From NCBI GenBank assembly GCA_963736115.1, contig CAVTNR010000014.1:208371-272370 (forward strand): DNA of 64,000 bases. Reading direction: 5' to 3'. The notes below the pieces were generated by a model. It was not told the DNA's origin, did not search any database, and worked only from the letters and a program-made list of their open reading frames with translations. A program made the position numbers and the translations under genes. Shown here piece after piece: positions 11,215 through 20,184 of this stretch. Origin of the DNA: an uncultured bacterium (GTDB taxonomy: Bacteria; Zhuqueibacterota; QNDG01; DTFT01). Position 1 is the first letter of the stretch. Each line of letters begins with the position of its first letter.

Positions 11215-11727
11215 TTATCCGGCGGACGGGCCGTTGCGTCCGAGTTTGTTGCGGACCTGGAGGATCAGACCGCCGGCGTCGAGGATCTCCATGACCATTG
11301 GCGGAAGGGCCGGAAAGCGGAGTTCGACATCCCGCGTCCGGATCAAGCCGGCTTCGAAATCCACGGAAAGAACATCCCCGGTTTGAATCCGGTCCGGGGC
11401 GTCAGTGCTTTCGACAAGCGGGAGCCCCAGGTTGATGGCGTTTCGGAAGAAAATTCTCGCGAAGGATTTCGCCACGACGCAGGCCACGCCCGCCTGCTTC
11501 AGGCAGGTCGCCGCCTGTTCCCGGGACGAACCGCATCCGAAATTGGAGCCGGCCACCAGAATGTCGCCTGGCTGAAGTTTTTCCGGAAATCCGGGATCCA
11601 CGCCTTCGAGGGCATGACGGGCCATTTCAGCCGGATCGAGAATCGGAAGGTACCGGCCCGGATAAATGACATCCGTATCCACCTGGTCGCCGAGTTTCCA
11701 GACCCGGCCTTCAAAATGCTTGTTCAT
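11215..11727 (-). CDS. leuD: 3-isopropylmalate dehydratase/homoaconitase-type small subunit
   Basis: [21 protein letters not shown] and [14 protein letters not shown] motifs; ATG overlaps the GT2 stop. Confidence 0.85.
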   Translation of the reverse strand: MNKHFEGRVWKLGDQVDTDVIYPGRYLPILDPAEMARHALEGVDPGFPEKLQPGDILVAGSNFGCGSSREQAATCLKQAGVACVVAKSFARIFFRNAINLGLPLVESTDAPDRIQTGDVLSVDFEAGLIRTRDVELRFPALPPMVMEILDAGGLILQVRNKLGRNGPSAG

Positions 11728-12605
11728 CTGTTTTTCCCCGGATTGGTTTTCAGAAGGCTCAGTCCGGAACGAAGGACAGCCGTCAAAATCAGGAGCCATC
11801 CGAGCACCGGGAGCAGCGGCCGTTGCTGGCCGGATGCGCCGTATTTCGAGAAATAACGGTAGAAGCCCTGGTGGCTTCTCCAGATTTTGAGAAAGGGCTC
11901 CTGGTTCACGCTGGCGCCGCGGATGTGTTCCACGGAGGCATCGGGGAGAAAGACGATGCGCCATCCGGCCGTCCGAATGCGCCGGCACCAGTCCACGTCA
12001 TTGAAAAACAGCGGAAATCGTTCGTCCATCGGCCCGACCGCATCGATTACGCGGCGCCTGAGGAGGAGGCACGTCGCCTCCGGCTGTTCCACATCGGCGG
12101 TCCGGTCATGCCGGAAATCGGGCATCTTCCATCGGGGCGTGAATCGGGATGGCCACAGCCGCGGCAGTCCGCTCATTTCCAACAGCACGTCCCGTAATAC
12201 GGGGAAGCGCCGGCAGGATGGAAGGGTGAGGCCCTCGGCGTCCGTCAGCCGGGGGGCCGTGACGCCGACGCCGGAATGACGTTTCAGGAAACGGATCATC
12301 CGTTCCAGGGAACCACGGCCCATCCGGGTGTCCGGGCCGAGCAGGCATATCCAGTCGCCCTTGCAGGAACGGAGGCCGAGATTGACGGCCGCGGCATAAC
12401 TCTTCGGTTCGCGGCCCGGAATGACGCGGACGCGGCGGCCTTCCAGACCGCGCGTGAAGATCCCGATGCGGGCCCGTGTTTCAACGGACGGACCGTTGTC
12501 CACTACGCAGACTTCGATCCCTCCGTCCGCCGTCCCGGGCAGGGAAGCCAGGCAGGGGCGGATATGACGTTCACTGCGGTAGGTGACGATCAGGACGGAT
12601 ATCAT
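11724..12605 (-). CDS. Glycosyltransferase family 2
   Basis: [12 protein letters not shown] and [15 protein letters not shown] motifs; alternative start 12659. Confidence 0.88.
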   Translation of the reverse strand: MISVLIVTYRSERHIRPCLASLPGTADGGIEVCVVDNGPSVETRARIGIFTRGLEGRRVRVIPGREPKSYAAAVNLGLRSCKGDWICLLGPDTRMGRGSLERMIRFLKRHSGVGVTAPRLTDAEGLTLPSCRRFPVLRDVLLEMSGLPRLWPSRFTPRWKMPDFRHDRTADVEQPEATCLLLRRRVIDAVGPMDERFPLFFNDVDWCRRIRTAGWRIVFLPDASVEHIRGASVNQEPFLKIWRSHQGFYRYFSKYGASGQQRPLLPVLGWLLILTAVLRSGLSLLKTNPGKNR

Positions 12606-12677
12606 GGCCGCTGGTTGTCCGGGTCGCGGGGCAATGGGATCGGGCCGGCAGATGGTCAACGCCAGCCGGCAGGCATT

Positions 12678-14159
12678 TCATTTTCCGGATGATTCCTTCA
12701 GTCTCTTTTGCAGGTCCGTGATTTTGTCCTTGTACCGTGTTTCATTGGGCGATTTTTCTAGAAGGGCTTCATAGACTTCGATCGCCTTTTCGAACTGGCC
12801 CTGTGCGGCGTATATCTCGCCGAGGGTGGAAGTCACGATCTTCAGGTCGGAACGGTCATCCGCCTTCGGGGGCGGCGCGGACTCGGCTGTTCCGGCGGCA
12901 GCCGCTGCTTCCAATCGCGGGGGAACAGCCGGGATCTGCGGAGCCGTGGGCGGCGCGGTCGGGCCGGATTGTTTCTCGGCCTTGAACCAGGGAACGGGCT
13001 TGGCGGACTCCGGCGCCGGTGTATTCCGAGGGGGTTCCGGCGCAGGCGGATTCACAGGCGGTTCCAGTTCAGACGGGCTCAGGAACCCCTCAGGCTCCTT
13101 CTTTTCGAACAAGGCAGGCGCCTGCGGTTCCGCCGGTCGGGGCGGAGTTCCGGCCTCGTCCCCGGATGCCGGCGCCTCGAACTCCAGGATTTCAAGCTCG
13201 AGGTCCCGTGATTTTTCGTCGGCCGGGTTTTCCTCGGTCTTCTCCTCCTCCGGGTTGTCGAACGAGGACAAATCGAACCAGTTCTGGGTGAAATCCACCA
13301 TTTCTTCGGCGTTTTTAACCGGTTCAGGCACTGCCGCGGCCGGTGGACCGTCCAGGGCGGAAGGCACCGGCGTTTCCTCGAGGTCCGGAAGAAGGGATTC
13401 GAGTTCGTCGATAGAATCCGTTTCCTCCGCGGCCGGCTGCAGGGCCGTTTCCTCGGTTCCGGGACCAGTCAGCAAATCCACGGGAGGGGCCGAAAAATCG
13501 GGACGGCCGGCTGTCATCGGGACCGGCAGATCAATGTCTTCCGGGCTGAATTCCCGTATCTGTTCGGTCCAGTCAGAGTCAGAGTCCGAGTCATCGGAGG
13601 GAACCGGGACAATCGATTCCCTTTCCGGGGTCGGCATGACCGGCTTGACCGGCGGCGCGGCGGGTTCGGCGTCCGGTTCCTCCAGGGAAGGCGGCTCCGG
13701 TTCAGGCAGTGCAGTCGGTTCCGGGATGGAGACGGGCTGGGGTTTCGGACGGTCCGCGGGCACGGAGTACCGTTTCATCAGATCGCGGACTTTATCCTCC
13801 ATGGGATCGGCGTCGATCACGCTGGCGTAATGTTCGGAGGCAGCCGCTTCCCAGCCGGTCTTGACGAGTATGTCGCCGAGCAGTTTCTGCGCGGACAGGT
13901 ATTGCTGGTCATGCGACAGCACTTTTTTAAGGGCCGCTTCCGCCTTGTCGTATTCCTTGCGGAGAACGTGGGTTCTGGCCAGCAGGAAGTATCCGGTGGT
14001 GTAATAGGGGTGATGTTTCACGCCCTCGGTGCAGAGAACCAGCGCGTCGTCCGAATTGCCGCGCTTCAGGTACTGATCGGCCAGCCGCGCGAACAGAAGC
14101 GATTTCGGGTTGTCCCGCAGACGGGACTCCAGATAGTCGAACAATTCGTCTTTTTCCAC
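12678..14159 (-). CDS. TPR protein with a long acidic, Pro-rich disordered linker
   Basis: N-terminal TPRs (FARLADQYLKRG), a P/E/D-rich middle and a C-terminal TPR (TLGEIYAAQGQFEKAIEVY). Confidence 0.8.
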   Translation of the reverse strand: MEKDELFDYLESRLRDNPKSLLFARLADQYLKRGNSDDALVLCTEGVKHHPYYTTGYFLLARTHVLRKEYDKAEAALKKVLSHDQQYLSAQKLLGDILVKTGWEAAASEHYASVIDADPMEDKVRDLMKRYSVPADRPKPQPVSIPEPTALPEPEPPSLEEPDAEPAAPPVKPVMPTPERESIVPVPSDDSDSDSDWTEQIREFSPEDIDLPVPMTAGRPDFSAPPVDLLTGPGTEETALQPAAEETDSIDELESLLPDLEETPVPSALDGPPAAAVPEPVKNAEEMVDFTQNWFDLSSFDNPEEEKTEENPADEKSRDLELEILEFEAPASGDEAGTPPRPAEPQAPALFEKKEPEGFLSPSELEPPVNPPAPEPPRNTPAPESAKPVPWFKAEKQSGPTAPPTAPQIPAVPPRLEAAAAAGTAESAPPPKADDRSDLKIVTSTLGEIYAAQGQFEKAIEVYEALLEKSPNETRYKDKITDLQKRLKESSGK

Positions 14160-14282
14160 GTCAGAGCTCCGGCCGGTTTCGGTGAATGTTCTTTCCGGCG
14201 CGCGTCCTCCGGCAGTTTCAGCGGAGGCGCACCGCGGGCGCGATTAAATATAACAAAAAACGGATTTTAATTCAACCGGTTT

Positions 14283-14831
14283 CTACCAGGTCGAAACCAT
14301 CCGGTTGACGATTTCCGTTTTCAGCTTGTCCACGGCTTCGTCGATTCCCTCATTGCGGTCTTCCGAATAGTTGCCGAATGCGGTGAACGGGCCCTGCCAG
14401 ATCACGACGCGCTTCCGCATATCCTCGAAGACCGCCTGGACGGACAGCGTAATCCGGAACGTGGACGCCTCTTCATTCTGGTTGTATTGGCCGGCCCTGT
14501 CCTCGACGCGGTTCAAGGTGCACCGCAGGATGCAGTCGGCGGATGCGGGTTCCGCGATCTTGAGCGTATTGTCACGGGTCACGGCATCGATCACCGCGTC
14601 CGTCAGCGTCTGATCGATGCCGAATTCCGGAGTCCGGTTCTCGAACAGGGGGATGGCGACCGTTTTCAGATGCGGCGGGAGGGATGCCCCGGAAAAACTG
14701 TAGGACCCGCAACGGCTCAGCGCGGCCGCAAGCGCGAGAACCGCCGTGGCCCGGACCGTCCGGGAGAGGGGGGAAACGCGGCGGGAAAGGGCCTTCCGCT
14801 CCGGTGTCGCGGCCCGGTCATTCAATTCCAT
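14283..14831 (-). CDS. lptE: LptE-family lipoprotein (LPS assembly)
   Basis: Lipobox-like LSRC followed by GSYSFSGASLPPHLKTVAIPLFENRT; C-terminal W. Confidence 0.78.
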   Translation of the reverse strand: MELNDRAATPERKALSRRVSPLSRTVRATAVLALAAALSRCGSYSFSGASLPPHLKTVAIPLFENRTPEFGIDQTLTDAVIDAVTRDNTLKIAEPASADCILRCTLNRVEDRAGQYNQNEEASTFRITLSVQAVFEDMRKRVVIWQGPFTAFGNYSEDRNEGIDEAVDKLKTEIVNRMVSTW

Positions 14832-15960
14832 ACTCCTTCAGTTTCCGGTACAGGGTGCGTTCCCCGATACCCAGCGCTTTCGCCGCCTTTCTCCGGTTTC
14901 CGGCGAACCGATCAATCGCGCGCTCGATCTGCTGTTTCTCCAGCTCCTCCAGATTGAAGTCCCTCGGGAGGGTTTCCACAACAGGCGCCTGTTCCTGCGG
15001 CACGGGCGTGAGCGGGGTCCTGACTCCGGAGCCGCGGACCAGCAGGCGCCGGATCTCCTCGATGGCCATCCGGATGTCCAGCAGCGCGCGGACCAGAAGC
15101 TCCCGTTCCGCCTGTTCGGCGCTCCTGTGCGTGACGACCGGAAGGTTGCGTTCGAATTCAAGCCCTTCGCCGAGATGGCTTTCGAGCCGGGCGCGATCGA
15201 TGCGCTGTCCCTTTTCCAGAACGATCACGCGTTCGATCACGTTCCGCATCTCGCGGACGTTTCCGGGCCAGGAATAGCTTTCGAGCAGTTCCAGCGCGTC
15301 CTCGGTGAACCCCTCGAAGGGGATGTGGTTGCTGCTGCACACCGCATCGGCGAATTGGCGCGCGAGTTCGCGGATGTCCGGGCGGCGCTCCCGAAGGGGA
15401 GGCACAACAATTTTCACCGCGTTCAGGCGGTAGAACAGGTCGCGCCGGAATTCGCCGCGGGAGACGGCCGAATCCAGATCCTTGTTCGTGGCCGCGATCA
15501 CGCGGACATCCACACGTTGCAGGCGGCTTCCGCCCACGCGCATGAATTCCATCGTCTCGAGCACGCGGAGAAGCTTGACCTGCGTACCGAGGGGCATTTC
15601 CCCGATCTCGTCGAGGAACAGGGTCCCGCCGTCCGCCAGTTCAAAGTAACCCCGTCTGGCATCGGTCGCGCCCGTGAAAGAGCCCTTTTCATGCCCGAAC
15701 AGCTCGCTTTCCAGCAGGCCCTCGGGAATCGCGCCGCAGTTCACGTTCAGGAGCGATTTCTCCCTGCGCGGGCTCATCGCGTGAAGCGCCCGGGCGACCA
15801 TGTCCTTGCCGGTTCCGCTCTCTCCCGTGATGAGCACCGTGATCTGCGTCGGGGCAACCTGCTTGACCAGCTCCCAGACCTGGAGAAAGGCCTCGGAACG
15901 GCCGACGAGGCCGTGATCCTCCGGACGGATTTCAGGCTGTTGTGGCTGTGTCTGGCTCAT
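14818..15960 (-). CDS. Sigma-54-dependent Fis-family transcriptional activator lacking a sensory domain
   Basis: GESGTGKD, ESELFGHEKGSFTGA, WPGNVRE motifs; C-terminal HTH. Confidence 0.92.
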   Translation of the reverse strand: MSQTQPQQPEIRPEDHGLVGRSEAFLQVWELVKQVAPTQITVLITGESGTGKDMVARALHAMSPRREKSLLNVNCGAIPEGLLESELFGHEKGSFTGATDARRGYFELADGGTLFLDEIGEMPLGTQVKLLRVLETMEFMRVGGSRLQRVDVRVIAATNKDLDSAVSRGEFRRDLFYRLNAVKIVVPPLRERRPDIRELARQFADAVCSSNHIPFEGFTEDALELLESYSWPGNVREMRNVIERVIVLEKGQRIDRARLESHLGEGLEFERNLPVVTHRSAEQAERELLVRALLDIRMAIEEIRRLLVRGSGVRTPLTPVPQEQAPVVETLPRDFNLEELEKQQIERAIDRFAGNRRKAAKALGIGERTLYRKLKEYGIE

Positions 15961-15975
15961 GATCCGGAGTCCAGC

Positions 15976-16893
15976 CTACCGGTCCCTGAAATAATCAACC
16001 GTGCGTTTCAGACCTTCCTCAAGCCCGACGCGAGGTTCCCAGCCCAGGACGTCCTTGATTTTCCGGTGGCTGATCACGCTGCGGATCTGTTCCCCCGGCT
16101 TGGCGGGGCCATGCTGTTCGGAGGCCTTTCCGCCGGTGTGGCGGTTCAGAAGATCGAATATCCGATTGACGTCCGTTTCGACGCCCGTGCCCACGTTGAA
16201 TGCGTCATTCTCCGTGTGTTCGAGCGCCTTGAGATTGGCCTGCACCACGTCGCCGACGTAGACGTAGTCCCTCGTCTGTTTTCCGTCTCCGTTGATGACG
16301 GGCTGTTCTCCGGAAAGCAGGCGGCTGGCGAATATGGCAACCACACCGGCTTCACCGTGCGGATTCTGGCGGGGGCCGTAGACATTGGCGAACCGGAGCA
16401 CGGTGTACTTCAGGCCGAATTCCAGGGCGTAATAGAAGAGGTACTTTTCAACGCACAGCTTGGTGATGCCGTAGGGCGACACGGGTTGGGTCGGATGGGT
16501 TTCGTCGCACGGGAAGACTTCCTGCTCGCCGTACACCGCGCCGCCGGTCGAGGCGAAGACCACTTTTTTAACGCCCGTCCGGACCGCGTTCCGGATCAAA
16601 TTCAGGGTGCCGAGGACATTCACGCCCGCGTCAAAAATGGGATCTTCCACGGACCTGCGGACGTCCATCTGGGCCGCCAGGTGGAAGACCGCATCGAACC
16701 GGCCGATGTCGAAAACCTTCTCGATTTCCGTCGCCCGGATGTCCATCAGGTAAAATCGAGCGGCTTTCGGCACGTTTTCCATGCGGCCCATCAGCAGGTT
16801 GTCGACGACGGTCACGTCGTGTCCCTTTTCGATGAGCGCTTCCGCGATGTGGGATCCGATGAATCCGGCGCCGCCGGTGACTAAGATTTTCAA
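15976..16893 (-). CDS. NAD-dependent epimerase/dehydratase (UDP-glucose 4-epimerase-like)
   Basis: TGGAGFIGSH, YGITK and NVYGPRQ motifs; TTG start with AGGAGG RBS. Confidence 0.92.
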   Translation of the reverse strand: MKILVTGGAGFIGSHIAEALIEKGHDVTVVDNLLMGRMENVPKAARFYLMDIRATEIEKVFDIGRFDAVFHLAAQMDVRRSVEDPIFDAGVNVLGTLNLIRNAVRTGVKKVVFASTGGAVYGEQEVFPCDETHPTQPVSPYGITKLCVEKYLFYYALEFGLKYTVLRFANVYGPRQNPHGEAGVVAIFASRLLSGEQPVINGDGKQTRDYVYVGDVVQANLKALEHTENDAFNVGTGVETDVNRIFDLLNRHTGGKASEQHGPAKPGEQIRSVISHRKIKDVLGWEPRVGLEEGLKRTVDYFRDR

Positions 16894-16915
16894 CGAAGCC
16901 TCCTGATTTTGCTTG

Positions 16916-17039
16916 AGTTCATAGTTGATGGTTCATTGTTCATAGTTAAATACGTAATCTGGAGTTTCATTTATTCTTTTTCAAACTATGAACCATGAAC
17001 TATGAACCATGAACTTTTTTTATCTATGAACTATGAACT
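16916..17039. repeat. Inverted heptamer tandem-repeat cassette (NGTTCAT)n ... (ATGAACY)n
   Basis: Five NGTTCAT-like units at 16916-16950; ATGAACY x4 at 16988-17015 and x2 at 17026-17039. Confidence 0.85.
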
Positions 17040-17938
17040 TCTTTGACGACTTGATTCCTCAGCGTCCCCAGACCGTCGATCTCGATTTCGATCACGTCGC
17101 CCGGGCCGATGGGGGAGACGCCTTCGGGCGTACCCGTGGCGATCACGTCGCCGGGCTGAAGCGTCATATACTTTGAGACAGCGGAAACCAGGCGTTCGAC
17201 CGGGAAAATCATGGAAGCGGTGCTGGCCTGTTGTTTGGTCTCTCCGTTCACCGTGAGGCGGATGTTCAGCCGGTTGGGATCGGGCACGTCTTCGGCAGGC
17301 ACGAAATAGGGCCCCATTGGGCAGAATGTGTCGATGCTCTTCGACCGGAACCACGGGTTCCCGGCCGCGATATCCTCCTTCTGCAAGGCCCTGGCGGTGA
17401 CGTCGTTGACGATGCTGTATCCGGCGACATAATCAAGCGCTTCCGCTTCCGAAACGTTCCGGCACGGTTTTCCGATGACGAGCGCCAGCTCCGCCTCGTG
17501 ATCGACTCGGGAATCGAGCCAGTCGGGAATGACGATGCCGGTTTCGTGCGGGATGAGCGCTGAAGGCGACTTGCAGAAAAAAACGGGCTCGGTCGGGATT
17601 TCGTGCTGAAGTTCCCGTACATGGGCCAGATAGTTGCGGCCGATGGCCACGATCTTGGATGGACGCTGGATCGGAAGACCGAATTCGAATTCCTGCGGCA
17701 GGCGGAGATCAGCGGATTTCGCGCGGACCCACGGATCTTCCATGATTTTGCGGATGGCGGAGGCGGATCCGTAACCCAGTTCCACCATTACCTGGATAAA
17801 AGCGAAGGTAACCGGCTGTCTGACCCGTTTGGCCTGTTGGTAAATCTCAAAAGCGGCGGTGAGATTGAACGGTCCTTCCGGTGTTTCAACCCCGATACCG
17901 AATGAGCCATTGGGCAATTGGAAAGAAAAGAGTCGCAC
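17024..17938 (-). CDS. Fumarylacetoacetate hydrolase family protein
   Basis: IGRNYLAH, DHEAELA, NDVTAR and GDVIATGTPEGV motifs. Confidence 0.9.
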   Translation of the reverse strand: MRLFSFQLPNGSFGIGVETPEGPFNLTAAFEIYQQAKRVRQPVTFAFIQVMVELGYGSASAIRKIMEDPWVRAKSADLRLPQEFEFGLPIQRPSKIVAIGRNYLAHVRELQHEIPTEPVFFCKSPSALIPHETGIVIPDWLDSRVDHEAELALVIGKPCRNVSEAEALDYVAGYSIVNDVTARALQKEDIAAGNPWFRSKSIDTFCPMGPYFVPAEDVPDPNRLNIRLTVNGETKQQASTASMIFPVERLVSAVSKYMTLQPGDVIATGTPEGVSPIGPGDVIEIEIDGLGTLRNQVVKEVHSS

Positions 17939-17970
17939 GGTTTCCTCGTGATAACTTATATAATTTCAAT

Positions 17971-17999
17971 ATTATAACAAATTTGGCGGAAATATGCAA
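17971..17999 (-). promoter_or_regulatory. Sigma70-type promoter for the FAH gene
   Basis: TTGCAT-17 nt-TATAAT on the minus strand. Confidence 0.65.
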
Positions 18000-18029
18000 G
18001 TCTAAAAATGCAATTTTGGCAGAAATACC

Positions 18030-18048
18030 TGCGAAAACGTTTTTTGCA
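18030..18048. promoter_or_regulatory. Candidate LacI-family operator
   Basis: TGCGAAAACGTTTTTTGCA; palindromic core AAAACGTTTT with central CG, between divergent promoters. Confidence 0.55.
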
Positions 18049-18056
18049 TTTATTGC

Positions 18057-18085
18057 TTGATTTCCAGGATTATTATTCATATCTT
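18057..18085 (+). promoter_or_regulatory. Sigma70-type promoter for the lacI-family operon
   Basis: TTGATT-17 nt-TATCTT. Confidence 0.45.
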
Positions 18086-18146
18086 GCTATATCGGTTTAA
18101 CAAACATATAAATATTCGATCGTAAACACTTGATTTAAAAGAAAAT

Positions 18147-19262
18147 ATGATAAATCAAAACCGTTTTAAAGAAAAAGTGACTATCGATGACGTTGCTCGT
18201 CTGGCGGGTGTTTCCAAATCAACGGTCTCGTTTGTTCTGAACAACCGCCCGAGCATTTCAGCCACCACACGGGACCGCGTGCGGGAAGTCATCCGGAAAC
18301 TGAATTATCAGCCGAATCAGATCGCCCGATCGCTTTCTTCGCGCCAGACCCGGAGCATCGGACTGGTGGTGAAACAGATCGACAATCCGTATTTCACCAA
18401 GATCATGCGCGGCGTATTCGAATATTTCAGCGGATGCGGATACACGGTCCTGCTCGGCAGTTCGGAGCTCCAGCCGGACCGTGAAAAGAGCAGCATCGAA
18501 GCCCTTCTCCGTCAGCGCGTCGACGGTCTGATTCTATCTCCGCTTCAGGGGGCGGATGCGGATATGTCGCATCTCTCACTGATCTCACAGAACCAGGTGC
18601 CCCTCGTCCTGCTCGAGAAAGTGGCCAATATCGCGGCCAATGTCGTCGATATCCGGAATGAGGGCGCGGCATGCGAGGCGGTTTCCTATCTCATCGGTCT
18701 CGGACACCGCCAGATCGCCTATTATTCCGGTCCGGACTATTCCATGCACAACCGGGAGCGTTTGACCGGCTACCGGAGGGCCATGATGGAACACGGACTT
18801 CCGTTCTCCGCGTCCGGTATCCGGCCGGCGGGCGTTTATCTCGCCGACGGGTACGCAGCCGCGAAGGCGCAGTTTTCCGGAGCGGGCGAGCGGCCCACGG
18901 CCGTTTTCTGCTTCAACGATCTGGTGGCCATCGGCGTCATGAATGCGCTGATGGAACTGGGCGTCCGCATCCCGGAGGACGTGTCGGTCATCGGTTTCGA
19001 TGACATCGAATTCTGCGGATCCGTCCGCGTTCCGCTGTCCTCGATCCGGGTGCCCGCTTATGAAATGGGGAAGGCGGCCGCGGATCTGCTGATGCAGCAG
19101 ATCGGCAAAACCGATTCCATGATCCGCAAGACGGTGGAGCTGGAGGCGACTCTGATCCCCCGGGCGTCCTGCGCGAGAGCGGACGGCAGGCCGGCGGGCG
19201 GCACCCAGAAGAAAAAAAACACGAGTCCGGACGGACTCCGAACGGCAGGAGGCATGACATGA
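18147..19262 (+). CDS. LacI family transcriptional regulator
   Basis: TIDDVARLAGVSKSTVSFVLN HTH; IPEDVSVIGFDD. Confidence 0.95.
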   Translation: MINQNRFKEKVTIDDVARLAGVSKSTVSFVLNNRPSISATTRDRVREVIRKLNYQPNQIARSLSSRQTRSIGLVVKQIDNPYFTKIMRGVFEYFSGCGYTVLLGSSELQPDREKSSIEALLRQRVDGLILSPLQGADADMSHLSLISQNQVPLVLLEKVANIAANVVDIRNEGAACEAVSYLIGLGHRQIAYYSGPDYSMHNRERLTGYRRAMMEHGLPFSASGIRPAGVYLADGYAAAKAQFSGAGERPTAVFCFNDLVAIGVMNALMELGVRIPEDVSVIGFDDIEFCGSVRVPLSSIRVPAYEMGKAAADLLMQQIGKTDSMIRKTVELEATLIPRASCARADGRPAGGTQKKKNTSPDGLRTAGGMT

Positions 19263-20035
19263 ATGTGCAGGATTGGTTCGGATTGAAGGGAAAGACCGCG
19301 GTGGTCATCGGCGGGGGCGGCGTTCTTGGAAGCACCATGGCTGAGGGCCTCGCCGGTGCGGGAGCCGACGTGGCGATTGTGGATCTGGACAGAGAAAAAG
19401 CCGAGGCCGCGGCCGGCCGTGTCGAAAAGTCCGGTGTCCGCGGTCTGGCGGTTGCGGCGGACGCTTCGTCCAGGACAGAACTGGAACGCGCGGACTACGA
19501 AATCGCGGCCGCGTTCGGCGGCGCCGATATCCTGATCAACGCGCCGGGCGTGAACTCCGCCACCCCTTTCCTCGACATCGCGGAATCCGAATGGGACCGC
19601 ATTCTCAACATCAACCTGAAATCCATGCTGTTCGCGTGCCAGATATTCGGCCGCCGCATGATCGACCGGAAAAAGGGCGGCAGCATCATCAATATTTCCT
19701 CGGCTTCGTCCGGACCGCCCCTGTCCAAAGTTTTCACCTACGGCATCTCGAAGGCCGGCGTCAACAGCCTCACCCAGTTTCTGGGCCGCGAATGGGCCCA
19801 GCAGGGTGTCCGGGTGAACGCGCTTCTGCCCGGATTCTTCCCCGCGGAGCAGAACCGTAAACTTCTCACGCCTGAGCGCACGGCTTCGATTCTCAATCAC
19901 ACGCCGATGGGACGCTTCGGAAACGCGGATGAACTCGTGGGCGCCGTCGTCTGGCTCGCTTCGGAAAAGGCTTCCTCCTTTGTCACGGGCGCGTTGATCC
20001 GGGTGGACGGCGGGTTTTCAGCGATGACGATTTGA
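19259..20035 (+). CDS. SDR oxidoreductase (D-mannonate oxidoreductase/gluconate 5-dehydrogenase-like)
   Basis: GGGGVLG, YGISKAG, RVNALLPGFFPAEQNR and TPMGRFG motifs. Confidence 0.85.
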   Translation: MNVQDWFGLKGKTAVVIGGGGVLGSTMAEGLAGAGADVAIVDLDREKAEAAAGRVEKSGVRGLAVAADASSRTELERADYEIAAAFGGADILINAPGVNSATPFLDIAESEWDRILNINLKSMLFACQIFGRRMIDRKKGGSIINISSASSGPPLSKVFTYGISKAGVNSLTQFLGREWAQQGVRVNALLPGFFPAEQNRKLLTPERTASILNHTPMGRFGNADELVGAVVWLASEKASSFVTGALIRVDGGFSAMTI

Positions 20036-20044
20036 AAAGGTTCT

Positions 20045-20142
20045 GGTTCATAGTTTCATTGTTCATAGTTAAAAAAAATTATCGGCTTTCCCGACCCTTC
20101 TTTTTCTATGAACTATGAACAATGAACTATGAACTGTGAAAG
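20045..20142. repeat. Second copy of the (NGTTCAT)n ... (ATGAACN)n inverted heptamer cassette
   Basis: GGTTCAT AGTTTCAT TGTTCAT AGTTAAA at 20045-20073; ATGAACT ATGAACA ATGAACT ATGAACT at 20108-20135. Confidence 0.85.
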
Positions 20143-20184
20143 ATCTTCCGGAATACTGATGTTTATACCAGTAAAGGGACTCCA

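Noticed and set aside
14283-15960. Sensorless sigma54 activator next to lptE as a novel system
   Set aside because: This pairing is familiar in FCB-group genomes
14746-16884. 712 aa plus-strand ORF
   Set aside because: Antisense shadow of the sigma54 activator and epimerase genes in GC-rich DNA
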